Shown: piece after piece, positions 56,407-64,000 of the stretch
How positions within the stretch are numbered: position 1 is the first letter of the stretch
How the letters are laid out: the number at the start of each line of letters is the position of its first letter
IMG/VR virus record: IMGVR_UViG_2895791493_000001
Span: 1-64,000 of that record
DNA from: a virus
Lineage: Duplodnaviria; Caudoviricetes
Length of the DNA stretch: 64,000 nucleotides
Direction: 5' to 3' (one strand)
Translations under genes and position numbers: made by a program
The notes under the pieces: model-generated
The model's input: only the letters and a program-made list of their open reading frames with translations
The model's database searches: none
Told to the model about the DNA's origin: nothing

Positions 56407-57507
56407 TTACTGGAGGGTGAGGGTGGTGGCGGCGCCGGTGTCGGGCTTGCTGAAGCCGAGCATCTCGGTGATCTGCACGGCCTGCAGGTCGCGGCGGATG
56501 ATGTCCTCGTACCGGACGAGGTCGAAGCGGGGGTCGTAGTGCATGGTCAGCGCGGCGGCCGGGTCGATGGCGAGCAGCTGGTCGGTGCCGGTCAGGACGC
56601 TGCGCTGGGGCGGCAGCTTGGGGCGCATGCCGAACAGGGTGGGGAACGTGCCGGTGTCGCGGAAGTCGGCGGCGGCGGCGGTGCTGCCCGTGCCGGTCAC
56701 GACGTCCATGCTCAGCGCCTGCCCGAGCGCGGCGGTCGCGCCGGTCAGGATGGTGGGTTCCGCGCCGTACTCCTCGGCTTTCATCAGCAGCGCGACGAAG
56801 TCGGCGGCGGTCAGGGTCGCGCCGGCGGCGTTGACGTTCGGGGCGGCGTTGTTGTTGCCGTCGCCGTTCTTGAGGATGTCGAGCGCCTTGCGGATCTTGT
56901 TCCGGTCGGCCTGACGGCGGACCTTCAGCAGCCAGCGGTCGAAGGTGCTGAGGCTGGCGTTCAGGATCGCCTCGAGGCTGGCTTCCAGGCGCCCGCCGCA
57001 CTTGAACAGGCGGACGACGGCGTCACCCTGCGTGATGGTCAGCACGGGGTACTCGGCGCCTTCGGCGACGCGGGCCAGGTCGGCGTTCTCGTCGTCCTGG
57101 AAGCTGAGCAGCTGGGTGTTGACGACGCTGGCCTCGACGGGCTGGGTGTCGGTGACGACGTCGGCGAGCGTCAGGCCGTTGCGGCTGTCACGGCCGACTT
57201 CGCGGTAGCGTTCCTCGATGTACAGGGGGAACAGGATGCGGTTGTCTTCCTGGCGGAAGAACGCGTCGTTGACGGTCGCGGCGGCGTGACGGCCGCGGGG
57301 TTCGAGGCCCGCGCCGCGCACCATGACCTGCTTCCACGCGGCGACGCTCGCGCCGGTGCTGTCGCGGGTGGCGGGGTCGTACAGGCTGCTGTCGATCTCG
57401 CCGTTGTCCGCGAGGTGCTGGATCTGCTGCGCGAACGTGCGGCGCTCGGCGTGCGCGTCGGCTTTCAGGGCGAGGGTGAGGTCGTTGATCTTCTTGATTT
57501 TCGGCAT
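56407..57507 (-). CDS. major capsid protein (HK97 fold)
   Basis: RVAEGAEYP, K.GGRLE.S.E motifs; position. Confidence 0.9.
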   Translation of the reverse strand: MPKIKKINDLTLALKADAHAERRTFAQQIQHLADNGEIDSSLYDPATRDSTGASVAAWKQVMVRGAGLEPRGRHAAATVNDAFFRQEDNRILFPLYIEERYREVGRDSRNGLTLADVVTDTQPVEASVVNTQLLSFQDDENADLARVAEGAEYPVLTITQGDAVVRLFKCGGRLEASLEAILNASLSTFDRWLLKVRRQADRNKIRKALDILKNGDGNNNAAPNVNAAGATLTAADFVALLMKAEEYGAEPTILTGATAALGQALSMDVVTGTGSTAAAADFRDTGTFPTLFGMRPKLPPQRSVLTGTDQLLAIDPAAALTMHYDPRFDLVRYEDIIRRDLQAVQITEMLGFSKPDTGAATTLTLQ

Positions 57508-57588
57508 GGGCTGGCCCTCCTGCGGGCGTCATGGGAGCGCCCACCCCTGCTGCAGGGTGGGCGCGGTTCGTGGTGCCGGGGGCGGGGG

Positions 57589-57936
57589 TTACAGCTTGAT
57601 GTTGGCGAGGCCGTTCTGGGCGATGTTCACGAGCACGCGGGTGCCGCCCGCGCCGACCTTGGCTTTCCCGGCGCCGTCCACGACGAGCGTCTGGTAGCCG
57701 AGGGGGAGGGTGCCGACCGTGGCGATGTCGGTGAAGCCGGCACCTTCGAGGGCGACGGCGCCGACGCCGTCGGCTTCCTTGGTGAGGACCTTGCCGAGCA
57801 GGGGGTTGCCGTCCGCACCGCGTCCGGCGGTGGCGGCGCCGGTGTGGGCGACGGCGTCACCGACGACGGTGCCGGCGGCGAGGTTCATGGTGGGGAAGTG
57901 GTTCTGGCCGTTGAAGACGAGTTCTCCGAGTTTCAT
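57589..57936 (-). CDS. capsid decoration/cement protein
   Basis: Small G/A/V-rich beta protein before the capsid gene. Confidence 0.7.
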   Translation of the reverse strand: MKLGELVFNGQNHFPTMNLAAGTVVGDAVAHTGAATAGRGADGNPLLGKVLTKEADGVGAVALEGAGFTDIATVGTLPLGYQTLVVDGAGKAKVGAGGTRVLVNIAQNGLANIKL

Positions 57937-57980
57937 GGTGTTCCTCCAGGGGAAGCGGGATGGGGCGGTGAGCGGGGGGC

Positions 57981-58478
57981 TTAGAAGTTGAAGGCGGTCG
58001 GGGGAACGGCGGGCGCGGCGGGTTTGGTGTCGTCGGCCTGGGGGGGCGCGCCGGCGTCGGGTTTGCTCTGGCGTCCGGCGGGGTACAGGGCGGATTTCTG
58101 GGCGGTGAGGTCGTCGATCATGCCGGGCAGGTCGGCCGTGTCAGCCTTGCTGGCGAGGCGCGCGGCGCGTTCGATGGCGGCGGTAGCGTCGGCGCCGTAG
58201 ACGCTGGTGGCGAGCGCTTCGACTTTCTCGATGAGGCTGGCGCGGTAGGCGGCGCCGTCGGCGGCCTGGGCGCGCAGCTGGGTGAGGCGGTCGGCGGTGA
58301 GGTCGTTCACTTCGACGCCGAGGGCGGCGGCAGTGAGTTCCCGCTGGGCCTGGATGCCCGCTTCGTACGCGCCGCTTTCGAGGGTGGCGGTGAGGGTCTG
58401 CGCGTCGGTCTGGGCGGCGTCGGTGGTGGTGTCGAGGGTGTGAGTCTTGCCGGTGCGGTCTTTGACGGTGATGAGCAC
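57981..58478 (-). CDS. nested in-frame scaffolding protein (lambda Nu3-like)
   Basis: Internal AGGAGG-5nt-GTG, in frame. Confidence 0.6.
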   Translation of the reverse strand: MLITVKDRTGKTHTLDTTTDAAQTDAQTLTATLESGAYEAGIQAQRELTAAALGVEVNDLTADRLTQLRAQAADGAAYRASLIEKVEALATSVYGADATAAIERAARLASKADTADLPGMIDDLTAQKSALYPAGRQSKPDAGAPPQADDTKPAAPAVPPTAFNF

Positions 58479-59423
58479 GGTGTCCTCCTGGTGCGGGTCT
58501 TCCGCGCTGGCGCTGCGGCCGAGGCGGAGGGTGGGGGCGGGTTGGGGCGTGGCGGCCTGGAGGTGTTCGGTGATGATGTCGTTGAGCGTGCCGACCCGGT
58601 CGGCGAGGCCGGCGGTGACGGCTCCGTCTCCGAACCAGACGTCCCCGGTCGCCCAGGTGCTGGCCTTCGCGACGCTGACGTTGCGTCCGGCGGCGACGGC
58701 CTGCACGAACAGGTCGTGCACGGTGGCCATTTCCGCCTGCCACTGCGCGAGCACCGTGCCGTCCATGGCTTCGGCGGGCTGCCCGAGCGCTTTGCGTTCC
58801 GTGCTGCGGACGTACGTGACCTTCAGGCCTTCCCCTTCGAGGGCGGCGGTCTGGTCGGTGTGCGTGCCGATCACGCCGATACTGCCGACCTCGCCGGCGG
58901 GCGTGACGATGAACTCGGTGGCCTGCGCGCCGATCCAGTACGCGGCGCTGCACGCCATGGTGTTGGCGATGGCGGTGACGGTCTTGGCCTGCGCGGCTTC
59001 CGCGACGGCCTGCGCGGCCACGTCGATGCCGGACACGGCGCCGCCGCCACTGTCGATGTCGATGATGATGCTCGTCACGGCCGGGTCCTGCGCGGCCGCG
59101 CGGACGCGGTCGGCGAAGGTGTGCGGGTCGACGGCGCCGCACATCCAGACCATCATGCTGCCGCGCGGGAAGATCGTGCCGTGCAGGGGGATGATGGCGA
59201 CGCTGGGCGTGGCGTCCTGCGCGTCCTGCGTGGCGGCGGCGCGGCCCTCGCGCGCGGCCCTGAGTTCACGGAGGGTGTCTTCGCTGGGGCCGTGCCCGGC
59301 GAGGTACGCGCTGAAGCCCGTGACGATGTCCTGCAGCTGGTCGCCTTTGATGGCCCAGCGGCCGTTGGCGATCAGGGCGGTGACGCCGCTGAGGTGGGTG
59401 GGACTGCGGGTCTTGGTGGTCAT
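57981..59423 (-). CDS. S49-family prohead protease fused to scaffold
   Basis: IDIDSGGG, ACSAAYWI, GSIGV, GLAD. Confidence 0.9.
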   Translation of the reverse strand: MTTKTRSPTHLSGVTALIANGRWAIKGDQLQDIVTGFSAYLAGHGPSEDTLRELRAAREGRAAATQDAQDATPSVAIIPLHGTIFPRGSMMVWMCGAVDPHTFADRVRAAAQDPAVTSIIIDIDSGGGAVSGIDVAAQAVAEAAQAKTVTAIANTMACSAAYWIGAQATEFIVTPAGEVGSIGVIGTHTDQTAALEGEGLKVTYVRSTERKALGQPAEAMDGTVLAQWQAEMATVHDLFVQAVAAGRNVSVAKASTWATGDVWFGDGAVTAGLADRVGTLNDIITEHLQAATPQPAPTLRLGRSASAEDPHQEDTVLITVKDRTGKTHTLDTTTDAAQTDAQTLTATLESGAYEAGIQAQRELTAAALGVEVNDLTADRLTQLRAQAADGAAYRASLIEKVEALATSVYGADATAAIERAARLASKADTADLPGMIDDLTAQKSALYPAGRQSKPDAGAPPQADDTKPAAPAVPPTAFNF

Positions 59424-59425
59424 GG

Positions 59426-60967
59426 TCACTCCTGGGGGGTGGGGGCGTGCACGTACCGTCGTTCGCGGGGGTGGTACGCGTACCGGGCGGTGATCTGGGC
59501 GTCCGGGTCGCTGGTGGGGGCGGGCGGTGGGGGTGCGGGGGTGCCTGCGCTGTCGTCCCAGGTGTCCGCCCAGGCGGGGGCGTGCTGGTCCTCGTCGTCG
59601 CTGAAGTCCAGGTCGTCCGCGAACCGGCGGGCGTACGCCTTGCCGGCGATGGCCTTGCCGATCTGGTGGGCTTCCATGCGGGTCTTGTACGCTTCGGCTT
59701 CTGCCTGCTTGAACGCACTTTCGGCCTGCTGGAAGCGCACGTACGCCACGGCGCGAATGCCGCGCAGGCGCAGGTGCAGGTTCAGCCCGAACTCCAGTTG
59801 CCGCGCGATGACGGCCTGGATGTTCGTGGCGCGCGCCTCGATCATCGGGTAGACGATCTTCGCGAGTGCCTCGGTGGTGCTGTCCATGTGCCCGCGCAGG
59901 AATCCGACGGTGCTCAGGCCGCTCCAGACGCGGCGGTTGTTCTCCCCGACGATGTCCTGCAGGCCGGTGAGGCTGTGGCTGATGTTGTTGATCGTGAACT
60001 TCGTGCCTTCCGGTCCGACGAACAGGCCCTCGTCCGCGAGGCCGAGGATCATGTCGGCCGCCTGGTTGGTGTACTCGGCTTTCAGTTCCGCGTACCGGGG
60101 GTCTTGAGCGTCCGTCAGGCCGAGTTCCTGCGGACTGGGCAGGGGCAGTTCGACGCCGACGAGCGCGATCTTGCGCATCAGGTCGATCACGCGGTCCACG
60201 TTGTCGATCAGGCGGGTCTTGCGGTCCAGGCTCCGCAGGGCGCTGAGGAACATCGGAATGCCGTGCGGGTCGCCGCCCATCGTGAGGAGCGGCGCGTACA
60301 GGTACGTGGCCGGGTCCAGTTCGATGGGGTTGATGGCGACGCCCACCTGGTGGTACGTGCGCGCTCCGGTGGTGGGGTCGTACCCGACGGCGATGCGTTC
60401 GGCGGGCACGACGACCGCGCCGATCACGCCGCTGCGGGTGTCGTCGGTGGGCCACTCGACGCTGCTGGCGGGACTGGCGAGCAGTTCGAGGATCTGGTTG
60501 TTGATCAGGCCGTCCAGTCCGCCTCCCTCGGGGAAGATGGTGGTGGCCCAGGTGTCCAGTTCCGCGCGGGCGGCCTTGACGGCCTTGCGACTGCCGGTGA
60601 ATTCGATGGTGTGGCCGGGGTTGACGATGGCGAGGTAGTCGCTGGCGGCGCCGCTGACGTCCTCGTCGCTCTGCAGGAGCATCCGCAGGACGCCGGTGAG
60701 GCGGGTGCGGGTGTCGCCGGGGTACCCGAGGTACGCGCCGGCGATCCGGTCGAGCATCGCGCCGGGGTTCTCGGCGCTGCGTTGCGTGCCGAGTTGCCGT
60801 CCGCTGCTGCGGAGGCTGCGGGTGAGGTTCGCGATGCCCCAGGAGGCGCGGCCCGTGACGGCCTGCCGGGCGTGGGGGCTGGCGCGGGCGCGGCGGCGCG
60901 GGAGGAGGTCCTGGACGGGGGTGTTCAGGGTCCGCCAGGCGCGGGTCAGGGAGTCTCGAATGCCGAT
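59426..60967 (-). CDS. portal protein (probable non-canonical ATC start; first ATG at 60757)
   Basis: Position between terL and the protease; PHGIP motif. Confidence 0.8.
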   Translation of the reverse strand: MGIRDSLTRAWRTLNTPVQDLLPRRRARASPHARQAVTGRASWGIANLTRSLRSSGRQLGTQRSAENPGAMLDRIAGAYLGYPGDTRTRLTGVLRMLLQSDEDVSGAASDYLAIVNPGHTIEFTGSRKAVKAARAELDTWATTIFPEGGGLDGLINNQILELLASPASSVEWPTDDTRSGVIGAVVVPAERIAVGYDPTTGARTYHQVGVAINPIELDPATYLYAPLLTMGGDPHGIPMFLSALRSLDRKTRLIDNVDRVIDLMRKIALVGVELPLPSPQELGLTDAQDPRYAELKAEYTNQAADMILGLADEGLFVGPEGTKFTINNISHSLTGLQDIVGENNRRVWSGLSTVGFLRGHMDSTTEALAKIVYPMIEARATNIQAVIARQLEFGLNLHLRLRGIRAVAYVRFQQAESAFKQAEAEAYKTRMEAHQIGKAIAGKAYARRFADDLDFSDDEDQHAPAWADTWDDSAGTPAPPPPAPTSDPDAQITARYAYHPRERRYVHAPTPQE

Positions 60968-60974
60968 GGTGGGT

Positions 60975-62732
60975 TCACCTCCTCTGCTTCAGTCGGTTCA
61001 TGAAGGCGGACTGGACGTTCACGACGTCCTGGCCCGTCACGGTGGATTGCGTGTCGGCGGGTGGGCGGAAGATTTCCTCGGGCGCGGCGGCCAGCGCGGC
61101 CCCGTCCCCGTCGTCAGGGCTGCGGGCGGGCTTGATGCGGCTCTTGAACTCGTCCTTCCCTTCGAGCTTCCGAACGATGCGCCGCGCCGCTCCGGCGTTC
61201 TTCGCGACGAAGCGTGCGCGCCGTTCGGTGAGGTCCGCCTGCAGGTGCTCGGGCGGGTTGGGGACACTGAGGATCAGGAGCTGGTCGTTGGTGGTGCCGT
61301 ACAGCTCCGTCGCGCGGTCGTAGTAGCGCTCCGGGTCATGCGGGGTGTGGTTGAACTGCACCTCGTGGAAGACCAGGACGCACCCGGCGACCTGCGCGGC
61401 TTCCATCAGTTCCGCGTCGGCTTTGGTGATGTCGATCTTGCCGCTGCCATACCCGCCGGTGCCGTCCACGCGGAAACTGACGCGCTGCGCCCCGGCGCGG
61501 ATGGCTTTCAGTGCGGCGAGTTTCATCTGGTGCGCGTACTGGAAGTCGTCCGCCTGGCGAAGTTCCGCCTCGCGGGTCAGGACCTGTCCCTGATTCAGCC
61601 ACACGTTCCCGGCGTCTGGGCCAAAGCGGGCGCAGTCCACGCCGATCTGCGCGACCGTCATATCCCGCACGGCCGGAATCGGCCGCTGCGCGGCCGCCTC
61701 GAAGCGCGCCGTGCTGATCAGGGCGTCCCCGGCGTTCGTTGCGGGCGGCACGCCAAGCGCACGGAACTGGAAGTCCGCGCTCGGCGCGAAGATCGTTCCG
61801 GCGGGGTAGGAGATTTCCTCCCCGTCCGCGAACACTTCCCACTCCACCTCAAACGTCAGGCGGTCCGGGTCGTGTTCCGAAACGACGTCGCAGTGCTTGA
61901 AGATCATGCCGTTCAACCACGCACGGCTCGTGCCGCCCGGCACCACGTCCACGCCCTCGACGACGTTCGGGAAGTCCAGCAGGCTGAACAGGTAGTTCTG
62001 CACGCCGGGCTGCTTCCCGAGCTTGTGGAAGGCGCTGGTGCGGGTCTGCGGGTTGGCGATCAGGAGCCAGATCATCACGACGCCGCCGGTCATCATGGCG
62101 TTGATCGCCTCGAACTGGTACGCCGGAACGCCTTCCGCTTCGTCCACCACGAAGAACATGTACTTCGCGTGTTGACCCTGCGCGCGCGCCGTGCCCTGGC
62201 CGCCCGCGTCGCTGGTGGTCCGGCCGATCGCCCAGTGATTCTCGGCTTTCACCATGCGCGGCGTTTCCGGCAGGACGCGTCCCGGCAGGCCCCGGCCTTT
62301 GCGCTGGCTCTTGATGTCCTTCCAGAGCAGCAGTTCCACCTGGTCCTTCGTGGGGGCCGTGGTGATCGTGATGCCCGGCGTGAACACGTCGAAGAACCAG
62401 TTCACCAGTCCGGCGGCAATGTACGTCTTCCCGACGCCGTGGGCGCTGTCCACCCGGAAGATCTTCGGAGCGTACTCGTCCCCGGCCAGCTGGCGGCGCA
62501 CGCTCTCGCCGATGTCCTGCACGAGTTCGTACTGCCCGCGCTTCCCATTCCGGCCTTTCCAGGGGCGGATGCTCAGGATGTCCTGCAGGTACCCGAGGGG
62601 GTTCGTCTGGTACTGCGTGAACCGCTCAGCCTGCTTCCGCGCCTGCTTCAGCGCGGCGGCTGGCGAGTTCTGCGAGGCTGATCGTTCCCCACCGGCTTTC
62701 CACGGCGGTGAGGAGAGCGCTCCGAATGTCAT
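60975..62732 (-). CDS. terL: terminase large subunit
   Basis: SAHGVGKT Walker A, VVDEA Walker B, IANP, IGVDCA, SPDDGD. Confidence 0.9.
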   Translation of the reverse strand: MTFGALSSPPWKAGGERSASQNSPAAALKQARKQAERFTQYQTNPLGYLQDILSIRPWKGRNGKRGQYELVQDIGESVRRQLAGDEYAPKIFRVDSAHGVGKTYIAAGLVNWFFDVFTPGITITTAPTKDQVELLLWKDIKSQRKGRGLPGRVLPETPRMVKAENHWAIGRTTSDAGGQGTARAQGQHAKYMFFVVDEAEGVPAYQFEAINAMMTGGVVMIWLLIANPQTRTSAFHKLGKQPGVQNYLFSLLDFPNVVEGVDVVPGGTSRAWLNGMIFKHCDVVSEHDPDRLTFEVEWEVFADGEEISYPAGTIFAPSADFQFRALGVPPATNAGDALISTARFEAAAQRPIPAVRDMTVAQIGVDCARFGPDAGNVWLNQGQVLTREAELRQADDFQYAHQMKLAALKAIRAGAQRVSFRVDGTGGYGSGKIDITKADAELMEAAQVAGCVLVFHEVQFNHTPHDPERYYDRATELYGTTNDQLLILSVPNPPEHLQADLTERRARFVAKNAGAARRIVRKLEGKDEFKSRIKPARSPDDGDGAALAAAPEEIFRPPADTQSTVTGQDVVNVQSAFMNRLKQRR

Positions 62733-63618
62733 CGTTCTCAATCACCTCCATCGCCGCGTCCGTCAGGTGACCGCCCATCACGGCCCACAGGCGCGTGATC
62801 GTGTCCATGCTGAACGTGCTCTCCTGCTGACCCTTCCGGATCCGGTCCACCATCGCCCCGACTTCCTTGATCAGCCGGGCCGCGTCCGTGATGTCCGCCA
62901 TGCGCAGCGGCTTACTCGGCAGGTACGTCATCGGGTCCGGCATGCGCTCCAGCAACTCCGCGCTGAGGTCATCCTCCCGCTCCAACGCGTCCGCCCGGAC
63001 TGTCCGCCACCACTCATTCCAGTCCGACTGGAACGCCTTCTCGAAACTCAGGTTCCAGCGGGTCAGCATCCGGTCCTGCTCCTCGAACCGGTTGATGTAA
63101 TCCAGCATCAACGCCCGCAGCAGCTGCGCCTCCGGCAGGAGGTTCAGCGGGTCCGGATCCGACTCGAACTGCTCCAGCAGCTCCCGCACACGCGGACGCT
63201 CCACCGACGAGTACCGACCCGTCGGCGCTGGCGTCCGCCCCCCATGCAAGTAGCAGCGGCCCGAGCCTGGATGATCCGTCCGGAAACCCGCCGGATGCCG
63301 ACACGGCTCCCCACGGTGCTTCCCATGCGCCCCGCACGTCAGGCCCGGCTCCCGCTTCTTCCGACCGGAGCGCGCAGGTTCTGTATGAGGTTCCTGCCCG
63401 GACGGATTCTGTATGAGGTTCCCGCCGTTCGTGACCTGCGGTTTGCTGCGGGTCTTGGCGAGGTACTCGGCGGTTCGTTTCTGGCTGGGGGGGTCGTTCT
63501 TGGGTTGGGCAGTGCCCGGCTTGTGCGGTGGGGTCTTGGTGGTTGGGGTGGGTTTCTTGGTGTTGTTCTTGGTGGCCTGTGCTTGGGCCTTCGCGGGTTT
63601 CTTCTTGGGTGTGGGCAT
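62626..63618 (-). CDS. terS: terminase small subunit (HGGxSTG-like)
   Basis: CGA...C...GRCYLHGG; upstream of terL. Confidence 0.75.
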   Translation of the reverse strand: MPTPKKKPAKAQAQATKNNTKKPTPTTKTPPHKPGTAQPKNDPPSQKRTAEYLAKTRSKPQVTNGGNLIQNPSGQEPHTEPARSGRKKREPGLTCGAHGKHRGEPCRHPAGFRTDHPGSGRCYLHGGRTPAPTGRYSSVERPRVRELLEQFESDPDPLNLLPEAQLLRALMLDYINRFEEQDRMLTRWNLSFEKAFQSDWNEWWRTVRADALEREDDLSAELLERMPDPMTYLPSKPLRMADITDAARLIKEVGAMVDRIRKGQQESTFSMDTITRLWAVMGGHLTDAAMEVIENDDIRSALLTAVESRWGTISLAELASRRAEAGAEAG

Positions 63619-63653
63619 CAGGTCACCTCCTGGGGTGGCGTGCGCGGGGTGGG

Positions 63654-63729
63654 CCGCACTGACGTCAGTGCGGTGGGGTCCATGGGATTTCCCATGGACG
63701 TAGTGGGCGATATGGGGATCCCCATATCG
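63654..63729. repeat. three adjacent palindromes
   Basis: CCGCACTGACGTCAGTGCGG; GTCCATGGGA-TT-TCCCATGGAC; CGATATGGGGATCCCCATATCG. Confidence 0.9.
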
Positions 63730-63740
63730 TGATTGGTGCG

Positions 63741-63817
63741 TGGTCCCTCTCGCAGGGTTCGAACCTGCACTGGGCCGGGTTTGAGCCGGCTGCCTCTGCC
63801 GGTTGGGCTAGGGAGGG
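63741..63817 (-). tRNA. tRNA-Leu(CAA), short variable loop
   Basis: Cloverleaf: acceptor CCCTCCC/GAGAGGG, anticodon stem GCCGG/CCGGC with loop CTCAAAC, TTCGAAC T-loop, A73, encoded CCA. Confidence 0.85.
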
Positions 63818-63876
63818 AGGCTGGGCACGGCGGGTACCGTGCCTGGATCGACTGCCTGCGCGTGGCAGGAGTCTCG

Positions 63877-63970
63877 TGGGGGGAAGGGCAGGACTTGAAC
63901 CTGCACGCCCTTGCGGGCAAGCGAGCGCCGTGAGGCTGCCAGCCAACTCTGCCAGTTCGTTCACCTTCCC
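63877..63970 (-). tRNA. tRNA-like gene with degenerate anticodon arm and long variable arm
   Basis: GGGAAGG/CCTTCCC acceptor, GCAGG-TTCAAGT-CCTGC T arm, CCA end; anticodon loop lacks U33. Confidence 0.6.
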
Positions 63971-64000
63971 AGGTGTCGGGGCGCTCGCCCCTACCGGATG

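Larger units (their letters stand above)
1..64000. mobile_element. Temperate siphovirus-like prophage / phage-plasmid (partial; both ends lie outside the window)
   Basis: Head-tail-lysis module on the - strand, early operon, parAB, tyrosine recombinase and phage tRNAs; no housekeeping genes. Confidence 0.9.

Noticed and set aside
57981-60455. 824-aa ORF, and similarly 43075..45531 (818 aa), as full-length genes
   Set aside because: The Arg/Pro-rich upstream parts are shadow frames of the portal and tape-measure genes; the real starts have SD sequences or coupling further downstream
60946-60978. GTG overlapping the terL stop as the portal start
   Set aside because: That frame closes after 10 codons (MNPPSAFETP*)

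Overview
GC-rich window that reads entirely as a temperate siphovirus-type phage, probably a phage-plasmid. A Deinococcus-like host is inferred from the GC content, the many leaderless TAnnnT-5/7nt-start promoters and the gene style. Layout: 1-13.8 kb is a + strand, translationally coupled early operon (large ParB-like protein, wHTH proteins, ASCH, MazG-like, HAD nucleotidase, many hypotheticals). 13.8-15.1 kb is an AT-rich inserted gene, followed by parA-parB. 17-19.7 kb holds an Xre-HEPN fusion and small genes. 19.9-25.8 kb is an IbrA/IbrB(YbdN/YbdM)-like PAPS-reductase + ParB/Srx + SNF2 helicase module with two GNATs. 25.9-30.3 kb is a cluster of small genes whose promoters share a 24-bp palindromic operator. 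31-34.5 kb holds a convergent Replic_Relax-like gene pair and a tyrosine recombinase. 34.6-63.6 kb is the - strand late region (lysis cassette with GH19 endolysin, tail with SGNH esterase, tape measure with CHAP domain, capsid, S49 protease/scaffold, portal, terminases). At 63.7-64 kb are a tRNA-Leu(CAA) and a degenerate tRNA-like gene. The most striking candidates for a new system are membrane-anchored (lipoprotein) versions of tail proteins, the GNAT-containing PAPS-reductase module, and the operator-controlled small-gene cluster. No host genes, att junctions, CRISPR array or reverse transcriptase were seen. All functional calls come from motif reading, not database searches.
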